In this document: piece after piece, positions 8,273 through 19,325 of the stretch
How the letters are laid out: each line of letters begins with the position of its first letter
How positions within the stretch are numbered: position 1 is the stretch's first letter
DNA from: an uncultured Chloroflexia bacterium
GTDB taxonomy: Bacteria; Chloroflexota; Limnocylindria; Limnocylindrales; CSP1-4
DNA length: 64,000 nt
Assembly: GCA_963763775.1 (NCBI GenBank)
Contig: CAVXPZ010000001.1
Span: 1,152,001-1,216,000, forward strand
Direction of reading: 5' to 3'
Position numbers and translations under genes: made by a program
The notes under the pieces: model-generated
Told to the model about the DNA's origin: nothing
Databases searched by the model: none
What the model saw: the letters and a program-made list of their open reading frames with translations, nothing else

Positions 8273-8851
8273 CTAGTACCGCAGCAGCGTCATCACGGCA
8301 CCGACCCGGTTGAACAGCCAGAGGCCGATCGGGAGCGTGATGATCAGCACGCAGAGGCCCCACGCCAGCGCGAGATAGAACGCGCCGAGCCACCAGCCGA
8401 CGAGGATGAACCAGAGCGCCCGAGCCACCATCGGGTACTGCTCGACGTTCCGGTTGACGACGTAGGTGATGCCGTCGCGGACTTCCGTCGTCGTGGTCCC
8501 GGTGCGCTCGCGGAGGGTGAGGATCAGCGGCAGTCGATTGAAGATCCAGAACCCGACGGGCAGGCCGATGATGGTGACGCAGAAGAAGTACGCGACCGTG
8601 ATCGCGACCCCGCTGAGCCACCAGCCGACGAGGAGGAACCAGATCGCCCGGAGCAGCAGGCTTCGTGGCGGCGGGGCGTAGGCGACGTAGGTCGGCGGAG
8701 GGGCGGGTGGAGCCGCCGCGGGCGGAGCTGCCGCGGGCGGAGCAGCCGCAGGTGGAGCTGCCGGGATCGCCGCCGGGACCGCGACGACCTCGGTCGCGTC
8801 GGCAGGCGTGACCTGCGTCTCGTCGGCGGTGCTCGGCTCGTCGTCCGTCAT
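8273..8851 (-). CDS. YccF-domain inner membrane protein with Pro/Ala-rich N-terminus
   Basis: Two repeats of RAxWFxLVGWWL...xIIxLPxGxWxFNR. Confidence 0.85.
   Translation of the reverse strand: MTDDEPSTADETQVTPADATEVVAVPAAIPAAPPAAAPPAAAPPAAAPPAPPPTYVAYAPPPRSLLLRAIWFLLVGWWLSGVAITVAYFFCVTIIGLPVGFWIFNRLPLILTLRERTGTTTTEVRDGITYVVNRNVEQYPMVARALWFILVGWWLGAFYLALAWGLCVLIITLPIGLWLFNRVGAVMTLLRY
8709..8765. repeat. 15-bp tandem repeat (about 4 copies) encoding a PPAAA linker
   Basis: ggagccgccgcgggc / ggagctgccgcgggc / ggagcagccgcaggt / ggagctgccggg. Confidence 0.7.
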
Positions 8852-9391
8852 GGTCGCTCCCCTTCACCCATTCGGAACGCGTCCCGGATCTGCGAGATCC
8901 GATGCCGGTGGTCCAGCTCGTGGTCGATCAGGTGGAACACGATCCACGCCGCCGACGCCTCGCCCCAGGGACGCGGGCGGACGCGCAGGAACTCCTCGCT
9001 CGAGAGACCCGCGACCACCTCGACGATCATCGACCGCGCGCGGTCGAGGCGAGCCCGCTGCTCGGCCATCGACTCGCCGGTCACCGGCGTCAGCCGGCCG
9101 TCCACCTCGCGGTCGTCGTGCGGGAACATCTCGCGCGAGATGTCCGACTCGCGATCGAGGATGTCGGAGTAGACCCAGTCGACCTCGACCAGCGCGAGGT
9201 GGTAGATCACGGTCCCGAGCGAGTCGCCGCCGTCGCCCGGATCGGTGTCGATCGGCCCCGGGGTCGATCTCGTCGAGCAGCTCGTTCGTCCCGCGCCGGA
9301 CGCGGTCCAGGGCCGCCAGCCATCGGCCCGCCTCGGGATCGGCGGCGCCGGGCCAGACGTCGAGCACCAGCCGCCGCGGTTCCTCGCTCAT
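8848..9391 (-). CDS. DinB/DUF664-family protein (frameshift ~9250)
   Basis: SLGTVIYHLALVEVDW and WIVFHLIDHELDHRHRI give the His triad; ATGA-coupled on both sides. Confidence 0.82.
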
Positions 9392-10638
9392 ACGGTCCGA
9401 ACCTCCATCCGCGTCGCGCCGATCGAGTCGATCGAGATCGACCTGCGACCACCCGCCCCACGCGACCGAGTAGTCGCCGCGGAACCCGCTGAACCGGACC
9501 CGCCCCTGGTCGTCGGTGACGAGCCGCGTCTCCGGCAGCCACCAGTCGCCCTTGACGAGCCCGCGCAGCGCCTCGAACGCCGGCTTCGGCGTCGCATCCG
9601 CGTACACGAGGCCACCGGGCGCGTGCAGCCACTCGCCGTCCGGCAGGCCCCACCACGTGATCGACGCGACCGCGGGGTGCGACACCAGCGTCGAGTAGTG
9701 CGTGACGACCTCCTCGGCCTGGCGCGCCAGCCCCTCGGGCGTCGACGGCCACTCGTCGACCTGGAAGTCGTTGAGGTCCACGATCTCGGGCGGCATCAGG
9801 TCGCCCGACACGAGCGTGTTCTCGGTGAAGTGGATCGGCAGCCCGAACCGCGCGAACCGCTCCAGCACCGACAGCGTCTTCTCGACGCCCCAATACCCCT
9901 GGTGCATGTGCGACTGGAGCCCGAGCGCATCGAACCGGATCCCGGCCTCGAGGCAGTCCTCGATCAGGTGCTCGTAGTCGGCCGACATGTCGAAGTCGTT
10001 GAGCAGCAGCGTCGCGCCCGGGTTCGCGGCCCGCGTCGTGTCCATCATCATCCGCACGGTCTCGACCCGGCCGAGCTTCTGGCACAGCCGCGTGATGCCG
10101 TTCGGCTCCTTGGCGAAGACCGGCATGATCACGACCTCGTTGAGGACGTCCCACGTGTCGATGAGCCCGGCGAAGTCCGTGACGTCGCGCGTGATCCGCG
10201 CCCGCTGGACCGCCTCGACCTCGTCGACGGGCAGGTCCACGAGCCACGGCGCGGTCAGCGTGTGCCAGCACAGCGGATGGCCCTTGACCGAGACCCCGCG
10301 ATCGACGAACCAGCGCGCCGCCGCCAGGAGCCGCGCCGTGTCCGGCCGGCCGCGCTCGGGCTCGAAGCGAGCCCAGTAGAACGGCAGCGTGGCGGTGTTG
10401 AAGAGCCGACAGCCACTCGTCGTAGAGGCGTTCGGTCGTGGCCCGCGCCTCGGGGTCGCGCGTCCAGCTCGCCGTTCGCGAGCGGGATCGCCTCGAACCC
10501 GGTGCACCCGAACCGGAACGCGTGGCTGCGCTGCGCGACGGTGACCTCCTGGCCGGGGAGCGGGGCCCCGTCGGCGCCCAGCACGGTCAGCTCGACGTCG
10601 GCGATACGGGCGGCGCGGATGGCGGCATCGACGGTCAT
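9388..10638 (-). CDS. GH10 endo-1,4-beta-xylanase-like glycoside hydrolase (frameshifts)
   Basis: HAFRFGC, FNTATLPFYW, KGHPLCWH, WDVLNE (acid/base), LGLQSHMH, IHFTE (nucleophile), PKPAF, GFRGDY. Confidence 0.88.
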
Positions 10639-10669
10639 CGCCGAAGCCTAGCCGCGATACAGTGCGCCC

Positions 10670-11884
10670 GTGGAGACGTACGACCTCGCCGAGGCGGCCC
10701 AGCGGAGCGGGGTCAGCGCCGAGACGCTCCGGCGAGTTCGTGCGACCTCGGGATCATCACCCCCGACGCGAACGGCCGATTCACGTCGGGCCATCTGCGT
10801 CGCGCCGGGCTGGTCAAGGGGCTGATCGGGCGCCGGCATCCCGCTCGACGGGCTCGCGGCGGCGATCCGCAGCGGGCAGGTCTCGCTCGACTTCCTCGAC
10901 GCGCCGACGTTCGACCGGTTCTCGGCGCTCAGCGGCGCGACGTTCGCGGAGCTGGCCGAGCGGAGCGGGCGTGTCCGATCGAGCTCCTGCTGTCGATCCG
11001 CGAGACCGCCGGCTCCCCTGCGCCGCGAACCGACCGATCGGCTGCGCGAGGCGGAGACTGCCGTACGTCGACTGGTCCAGACCGGGCCTCGAAGGCGGGA
11101 TCCGGGCGGGGCCGCTCGAGCAGCTGCATGCGCGCCCAGGGCGACGGCCTGCGACGCATCGCGGAGACGGAGGCCTCGATGTGGCAGGCCGAGGTCATCG
11201 CCCGGGCGATCGGCCGCCGGCATGCGACCAGGACGAGATCCTCGGCGACGACCTCGGCGACCGGATGAGCGCGCTGTCCGAGCAGGCGGTCATCGGCATG
11301 TACCACCTCCAGCAGACGCGGGCCTGGAGGCAACAACATCATCGAAGGGCTCGAGGCCCAGCTGGCCGCGGCCGGGCTGCACAGCCGGCTCGACCATCCC
11401 CCGGCGATGTGCTTCCTCGACATCACCGGCTACACGCGGCTGACCCAGGAGCTCGGCGACGCGGCGGCGGTCCAGGTGGCCGAGCAGCTCGGCGGCGATC
11501 GTCCAGCGGACGTCGATCCGGCACGGCGGCCGACCGGTGAAGTGGCTCGGCGACGGCGTGATGCTGCACTTCCCGGACCCGGGGCTCGGCGTGGTGGCCG
11601 CGCTCGAGATGGTCGCCGGCGTGGCCGAGGCCGGGCTGCCGCCCGCGCACGTCGGCCTGCACGCGGGTCCGGTGATCTTCCAGGAGGGCGACTACTACGG
11701 CCAGACGGTGAACGTCGCGTCACGGATCGCCGACTACGCGCGACCGGGCGAGGTGGTCGTCAGCCAGGAGGTCGTCGACGCCGTCGGCGACGGCGCGGGT
11801 CGTCGTTCCACGACGTCGGCCCGGTCGAGCTCAAGGGCGTCGCTGGGCGCGATGCACCTGCACGTGGCGTCGGCGCCCGGCTGA
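10670..11884 (+). CDS. Class III adenylate cyclase with HTH-like N-terminus (several frameshifts)
   Basis: VETYDLAEAAQRSGVS; MCFLDITGYTRLT; VKWLGDGVM; HVGLHAGPV...GDYYGQTVNVASRIA; VELKGV. Confidence 0.85.
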
Positions 11885-11938
11885 GCGCCGCGCGACCCGC
11901 CAGCGGCCGCGGCGCCGGGCGCGCCGGCCCGCGGTCCC

Positions 11939-13126
11939 CTACCCCAGGATCTGGAGCGGCTGGATCCCCGCGAGCGGTCCGTCGGGCTTCGGCGTCGCCA
12001 GCTCCGGTTCGGGCTCGCGGCCCGCCTCGCGTGCCGCCATCGCCTCGTCGAGCTGCGCGAGCAGGCTCGGGATCCCCGAGCGGAGCGCATCCGCGTACGC
12101 CGGCCCGATGTGCGACATGAGCTCCTTCTCGCGCTTGGTCTTCGGCGGCCCGAACCGCATGTGGATGGTCGTGCCGGTCGTCGTCGGCTCGAACTCGATC
12201 GTGTGGAGCACCTTGATCGGCCCGCTCGGCGCGTCGAGGATCGTCCGGTCGCTGACGTAGTCGTACGGGCGCCAGTCGAGGATCTCCTCGACGACCGCGT
12301 CCTTGCCGTGCATGCAGTGGTTCGACGACCCGACGCCGCGCCGCCCGCCCGTCGCCCCCTCGATCGCGACCTGCGTCACCCACGGCTGCCACGACATCCG
12401 CTGGCCGGGCTTCGTCAGGAACTCCCACGCCACCTGCGGCGGCACGTCCGTCGGGATGGACACGACGACGCTCGCCGCCTCGGGGGTCACGAAGACGCGG
12501 CCGCGGGCCTCCTCCTCCTGCCAGCGCCGCTCGAGGTCGAGCACCCAGCCCGGCACGTCGCCGATCCGGTCGTACGTCTCGGTGTTCGCGATCATGCCGA
12601 GGGCGGCCGGGTCGAGGTCCGACGGCATCGATGCACGCCTGGCTGAACAGCGCGTACGCGCCGATCCCGAGCCGCTCGACGACCTCGTTCTTGAGCAGCC
12701 GATGCACGACGATCACGTCCGACCCGAGGAGCTCGCTGCGGCCGGCGACCTTCTGCTGGATGGCGACGCCGTGGTGGACGACGAACTTGAGGTCGAGGTC
12801 CGGGATCCGCGAGCACGCGCCGCATTCGCAGGACGTCGCCTGGCGGACGTCGCGCCGACGCCGGCGGAAGCCGAAGTAGCAGCGCTCGATGGTGTCGAGC
12901 AGCATCGAGCCGTCGATCCGCTCGAGCAGCGGCGAACGTGAAGGCGGCGTCGCCTTCGAGCTTCGCGAGCCGGAAGTTGGGCCGCAGCGCCGTGACGACC
13001 GCGCCGATGAGGTCCGCGAGGATGTCCTGGGCGTGGTCGAGCTCGACGTCGGCGAGGTAGCCGGTGTAGCCCGGAGATGTCGGCGATCAGGAAGCAGGCG
13101 GGACGCGCGTCCCCGCTCGTGATCAA
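11939..13126 (-). CDS. DUF2652 (cyclase-like) domain plus SRPBCC/START domain protein (frameshifts)
   Basis: FLIADISGYTGYL, KLEGDAAF, CECGAC, LKFVVHHG, GSDVIVVHRLLKN; C-terminal VAWEFLT...NHCMHG...EEILDWRPYDY; TTG start overlaps the upstream TGA. Confidence 0.8.
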
Positions 13127-13743
13127 CCGTGGTCCGCCGCGAGCCGCTCCCCCGCTTCGACGCGGACCGCCAGCCGGTTCTCGGGCGGCGTGATCGGGCA
13201 CGAGAAGATCACGTCGTACACGCACGACGGGTGGTACGCGAGGTTGAAGTCGAGCGCGTACGTGCCGTCGTCCTCGGGCTCGAGGTCCATGTACCGCCCC
13301 GCGCCGTAGGTCTCGGTGCCGCTGGTCGCGTCGAGGAACGGCACGAAGAGCGACGTCGGTTCGCCGTCGTTGAGGACGTAGGCGGTCAGCTGGCGCGGCT
13401 CGCCACCGATGTCGAAGCGGAACACGCCGCCTCGATGCGCCGGCCGCAGCTTCCCGTCCGATGTCGGGATCTGGAAGTGCGACGGCTCGTCGCCGGTGTA
13501 CGGCTCGAGCGTCAGCTCCTCGAAGCGCAGCGACTCGTCGACCGGGTAGTACGGCAAGCCCTCGAAGGCCTCGCGCTCCGCGACCGGGAGCGGGCTGTGG
13601 TCGCCGTGCTTGAAGTAGTGGTCCTTGTCGGCACGGAACGCCTCGACCGCGTCGGGATACGAGAGCTCGTGCTCGTGGTGGTCGTGCTCACCGTGGTCGT
13701 GGTGCTCGTGATCGTGCTCACCGTGGTCGTGCTCGTCGGCCAT
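13123..13743 (-). CDS. DUF1684 protein with His-rich N-terminus
   Basis: FEGLPYYP, LFVPFLDATSGTETYGAGRY, LDFNLAYHPSCVY...CPITPPENRL. Confidence 0.88.
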   Translation of the reverse strand: MADEHDHGEHDHEHHDHGEHDHHEHELSYPDAVEAFRADKDHYFKHGDHSPLPVAEREAFEGLPYYPVDESLRFEELTLEPYTGDEPSHFQIPTSDGKLRPAHRGGVFRFDIGGEPRQLTAYVLNDGEPTSLFVPFLDATSGTETYGAGRYMDLEPEDDGTYALDFNLAYHPSCVYDVIFSCPITPPENRLAVRVEAGERLAADHG

Positions 13744-13800
13744 CGCGGGCTCCTCAGGCGGGGCGCCCATTCTGCGCCGCCACGACTCGCGCGTCGCTGC

Positions 13801-14750
13801 TCACGTGCGCTTCTTGATGCTCGTGATCACGAACGCCGCGCGGCAGGACGTGATGATCTCGTCGCGGCTGAGCGGCGGCTTCGTGGTCCCGTCCGTGGAC
13901 TTGCCCTTGCACGATGCCGCGGCCTTGTCGTCGAAGTGGCCGGTGACCGTGACGTCGATCCAGTCCTTCGGCTCGACGCCCGGGTGGAGCCCCGTGGCGT
14001 TGAACCCGGGCTTGAGGATCGAGAAGAACGAGTCGGTCGTCTTCGGGCTCGCGATGAGGAACTTGGGCTGCGGGCACGTGCTGCCGAGCCAATCGGGCTC
14101 GATGGTCCAGCCGATATCGACGCCGCACGTCGCCTCGGGCGCCTCGAGCCGCGCGGGGAACGTCAGCGTCTTGCGCCCGAAGCAGGCGAGGCCGGCCGTG
14201 GGCTCGAGATCCTGGAAGGCCGCGAAGCTGGTCGGCGGCTTGGGGCACGGGTACGAGCCGGCCTTGACCCACGGTGTCCCGTCCTTGTCCGCCGCGGCGA
14301 TCCAGCCGAACGGGAAGTAGCCCTCGCCCTCGCCCGGCGCGCGCAGGGGCTGGACCTCGTACCACGTGTAGCCGGACCCGGCGACCGGCCCCTTGACGAC
14401 GAGGACGTCGCGGCCCTTGCCGAGGAGCGGCGTGAGCTTGTTCGAGTCGGCGCCGACCGAGGGCTTCGAACGGACGCGAAGGTCGTTCGTGACGACCGTC
14501 GCGATCGGCGCCGGGCTTGAGTGTCGTGCCCGACGGCGCCGCGGTCGCGCTGGAGGAGGCCGACGCGGTCGCCTCGGGTGTCGGCTCGGACTGAAGCGGC
14601 GGCATCGCTCGGGACCGCGGTCGGGCCGACCGCGGCGGACGGGACCGGCGATCCGGTCGGGGTCGGTGGCGGGACCTGCCCGCAGGCCGCCAGCGCCATG
14701 CCCAGGACGATGAGGCCCCCGAGACCGAGAGCGAGGCGCCGGGATCGCAT
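13801..14750 (-). CDS. Lipoprotein with Pro/Thr linker, SH3-like domain and Cys-containing C-terminal domain (frameshifts ~14500-14600)
   Basis: Signal peptide with lipobox LAAC; VVTNDLRVRSKP...GPVAGSGYTWYEV...FGWIAA; six Cys in the C-terminal domain. Confidence 0.7.
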
Positions 14751-14788
14751 GCCGGCATCGTACGCCCGGTCCGCCCGGCGTCCGAGGT

Positions 14789-16887
14789 CTAGGCGGGGCG
14801 CGTGACCCGGATGATCTCGAGGATCTCGTCGCCGTAGGAATCGACCTTGCCCGGGCCGATGCCCTTCACGCGTCGCAGGCCCGCGGCGCTGACCGGGCGG
14901 ATCTCCGCGATCGCGGCGAGGGTCTGGTCGTGCAGGATGATGTAGGCGGGCACCCCGTCCTCGCGGGCACGGGCCGTGCGCCAGGCACGGAGCGCGGCCA
15001 TCACGGGATCGTCGTCGGCGGGGTCAGCCCCGGCACTCGCCACGGAACGGACTGACCGCCGGCGCTGTTGTTCGGCCTCGAACCGGTCCGGGTGCTGCAC
15101 GATCCGCTGCGCCGGCCGGGGCCGCAGGTCGGCGAGGAACCGGCTCGGCAGCCGTCGCGTGGTCCGTCCCTTCGCCTCGCGCTCTGCGGCCCACGAGATC
15201 AGCAGATGCTCCCGCGCCCGCGTGATCCCGACGTAGAGCAGCCGCCGTTCCTCGTCGAGCAGCGCGTCGTCCTCGAACGCCTGGCGGATCGGGAGGGAGC
15301 CGTCCTCGAGCATCGGCAGGGCGACCGCGTCCCATTCGAGGCCCTTCGCGCGGTGATAGGTCAGCAGGTTCACGCCATCGGCCGAGCCCGCGCGCTCCGC
15401 CGCGCGTCGACGGTCCAGCTCGGCGAGGTACCCGGCAGCCTCCAGGCCGCCGTCCGATCCGAGTTGCGTGCCGAGGATGTCGATCAGCGTGTCGAGGGCC
15501 GCGGTCCGCTCCCGGGCCTCGTCACCGGCCGAGGCCGTGGCGTCGTCCGCGTCGTAGCCCAGTTCCTTGGCCCACAGGTCGCGGACGGCGCCACGCAACG
15601 CGGGACCGGTCGCGACCAGCTTCCCGGCCGTGGCCGCGCGACGGACGAGATCGATCGCCCCGCGCACGTCCGGTCGGTCGTAGAACCGCAGGCCGCGGAC
15701 CTGGTACGGGATCCCGGCGCGGGTCATCGCGGCCTCGACGGGCTCGAGCTGCGCGTTCATCCGCACGAGCACCGCGATCTCCGACGCCGCGGTCCCGCCC
15801 GCGATCCGCGCCCGGACCCACGCGATGAGCGCGGCCATCTCCGCGTCCTCGGTGTTGTGCCGGACGATCGCGGGCTCGGGGCCGTCGGGCCGCGTCGTCT
15901 CGAGCCGCTTGGTCCGCCCCGTCGACGCGAGCAGGCGGTTCGCGAGCTCGAGGATCTGCGGGCTCGACCGGTAGTTCTCCGCGAGCGTCACGACCCGTGC
16001 CCCCGGCCACCGCGCCTCGAACCCGACCAGGTGGTCGCTGCTCGCGCCGGTGAACGTGTAGATGGTCTGGTCCTCGTCGCCGACCACGCACACGTCGCGC
16101 CGCTCTCCGAGCCACAGTTCGAGCAGCCGCTGCTGGAGCAGGTTCGTGTCCTGGTACTCGTCGACGCTGAACCAGCGCTTGCGCTCGCGGACCATCGCCG
16201 CCGCGTCGGCGTCGTGTTCGAGCAGGTCGACGGTCTCGATCAGGAGGTCGTCGAAATCGATGCGTCCGGCCCGCGTCCGGGCGCGCTCGTAGCCGGCGAA
16301 GATGCGGACGAAGAGGTCGACCGGGATCGGCGACTCGCGCCCGCGGCGGACGTGGCACCCCCTCCGACCGCGCCGGCGTCGGCGACCTCGATCGCCTTCT
16401 CGTACGTCTGCGGTGTCAGTCGATGGCTCTTCGCCCACTCGATCTCGCTCGCGAGGTCCTTCGCGGGCGTGAACCGGTAGTGCCCCGGTAACTGCCGGAC
16501 CAGGGGCACGAGGATCGGCAGCTTCGAGTCGAGCAGGTCGGGCATCGGGTCGCCTTCGTGGCGCGACGGCCAGAAGTGCCGGAGCTGGCTCAGCGCATGG
16601 GCGTGGAAGGTCCGGGCGGTCACCCCGGGAAGCCCGAGATCCCGGAGCCGCTCGACCATCTCGGTCGCGGCCTTGTCCGTGAACGTCACGATCAGGACCT
16701 GGTCCGCGGGCACCGCGTCGGTGGCGATCGCGTAGGCGGCTCGCCGACTGATGACGCGTGTCTTGCCCGTGCCCGCACCGGCGTGGATCACGACCGGACC
16801 CTCGACCGAGGTGACCGCCTCGCGCTGCGCCGCGTTCAGGTCGTCGAGCAGCCGTTCGGGGGCGAGGTCGCGGGTGGTCAGGGGCAC
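14789..16887 (-). CDS. ATP-dependent DNA helicase, UvrD2-like (UvrD/PcrA plus HRDC; frameshift ~16350)
   Basis: AGAGTGKT, TFTDKAA, VDEYQD, VGDEDQTIY, NYRS, TYHRAKGLEW, EERRLLYVGITRA; HRDC LRAWR...VPAYIILHD. Confidence 0.92.
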
Positions 16888-16997
16888 GGCTCCAGCATAG
16901 GCGCTTCCGCTCATCGACCGGCCACCGCGGCGCGCGGCCGGCGACGGCCGGGGCCTGTCGCCGGGCCGATCCGGCGGCGACCCGCTACGCTCCGCGG

Positions 16998-17876
16998 ATG
17001 AAGCTCGGCATCCAGATCTCCTCGTTCTCCTGGCCCGGCGGCACGCCGGCCATCGGCCCCACGCTCGCCCAGGTGGTCCGCCAGGCGGACGACGTCGGCC
17101 TCGACTCGATCTGGGTCATGGACCACTTCTTCCAGATCCGCAGCGTCGGCCCCGCGGAGGAGCCGATGCTCGAGGGCATGACGGCCCTCGGGTTCATGGC
17201 CGCGCATTCCTCGCGCGCGCGCCTGGGCCTCATGGTCGGCGGCGTCCACTACCGCAACCCGGCGCTCTGGGTGAAGGCCACGACGACGCTCGATGTGCTC
17301 TCCGGCGGCCGGGCATGGCTCGGCATCGGGGCCGCGTGGAACGAGCAGGAGTCGCGCGGGCTCGGGTTCCCGTTCCCGCCGCTGGGCGAGCGGTTCGAGA
17401 TGCTCGAGGAGACCCTCCAGATCGCGCACGCGATGTGGACCGGCGAGCGCGGCACCGAGGGCGAGCACCGCGGGAAGCACTACCAGGCGGAGCACCTCCT
17501 CAACTCCCCGCAGTCGCTGTCACGCCCCAGGGTGCCGATCATGATCGGGGGCGGCGGCGAGAAGAAGACCCTGCGCCTCGTGGCGCAGTACGCCGACGCG
17601 ACGAACGTCTTCGGCTCCCCCGAGGGCATCGCCCGCAAGTACGCGATCCTCGCCGAGCACTGCGCCGCGGTCGGGCGCGACCCGAGCGAGATCGAGCACT
17701 CGACGCTCCAGAACATCGACTTCGCCCGCGAGTCCGCGGCCCAGGTCGTCGACCGCTTCGGCGAGCTGTCCGATGCCGGCGCCGAGCACATCATCTTCGG
17801 CGTCCGCGACAACCACGTGCCCGCGAACCTCGAGACGTTGGGTCGCGATGTGATCCCCCAGCTCCGTGACCTGTAG
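16998..17876 (+). CDS. LLM-class F420-dependent oxidoreductase (Rv1855c-like)
   Basis: WVMDHFFQI, YRNPALWVKATTTLDVLSGGR, IMIGGGGEKKTLRLVAQYADATN. Confidence 0.92.
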   Translation: MKLGIQISSFSWPGGTPAIGPTLAQVVRQADDVGLDSIWVMDHFFQIRSVGPAEEPMLEGMTALGFMAAHSSRARLGLMVGGVHYRNPALWVKATTTLDVLSGGRAWLGIGAAWNEQESRGLGFPFPPLGERFEMLEETLQIAHAMWTGERGTEGEHRGKHYQAEHLLNSPQSLSRPRVPIMIGGGGEKKTLRLVAQYADATNVFGSPEGIARKYAILAEHCAAVGRDPSEIEHSTLQNIDFARESAAQVVDRFGELSDAGAEHIIFGVRDNHVPANLETLGRDVIPQLRDL

Positions 17877-19280
<1,404 letters not shown>

Positions 19281-19325
19281 TAGCGTCGGCCGCGTGAAGG
19301 TCGTGAACGTCGGCGGGAACGGCCG

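Noticed and set aside
8864-10507. Apparent GH10-DinB fusion in one ORF
   Set aside because: A frameshift near the GH10 3' end explains it; an ATGA junction at 9388-9391 separates the genes
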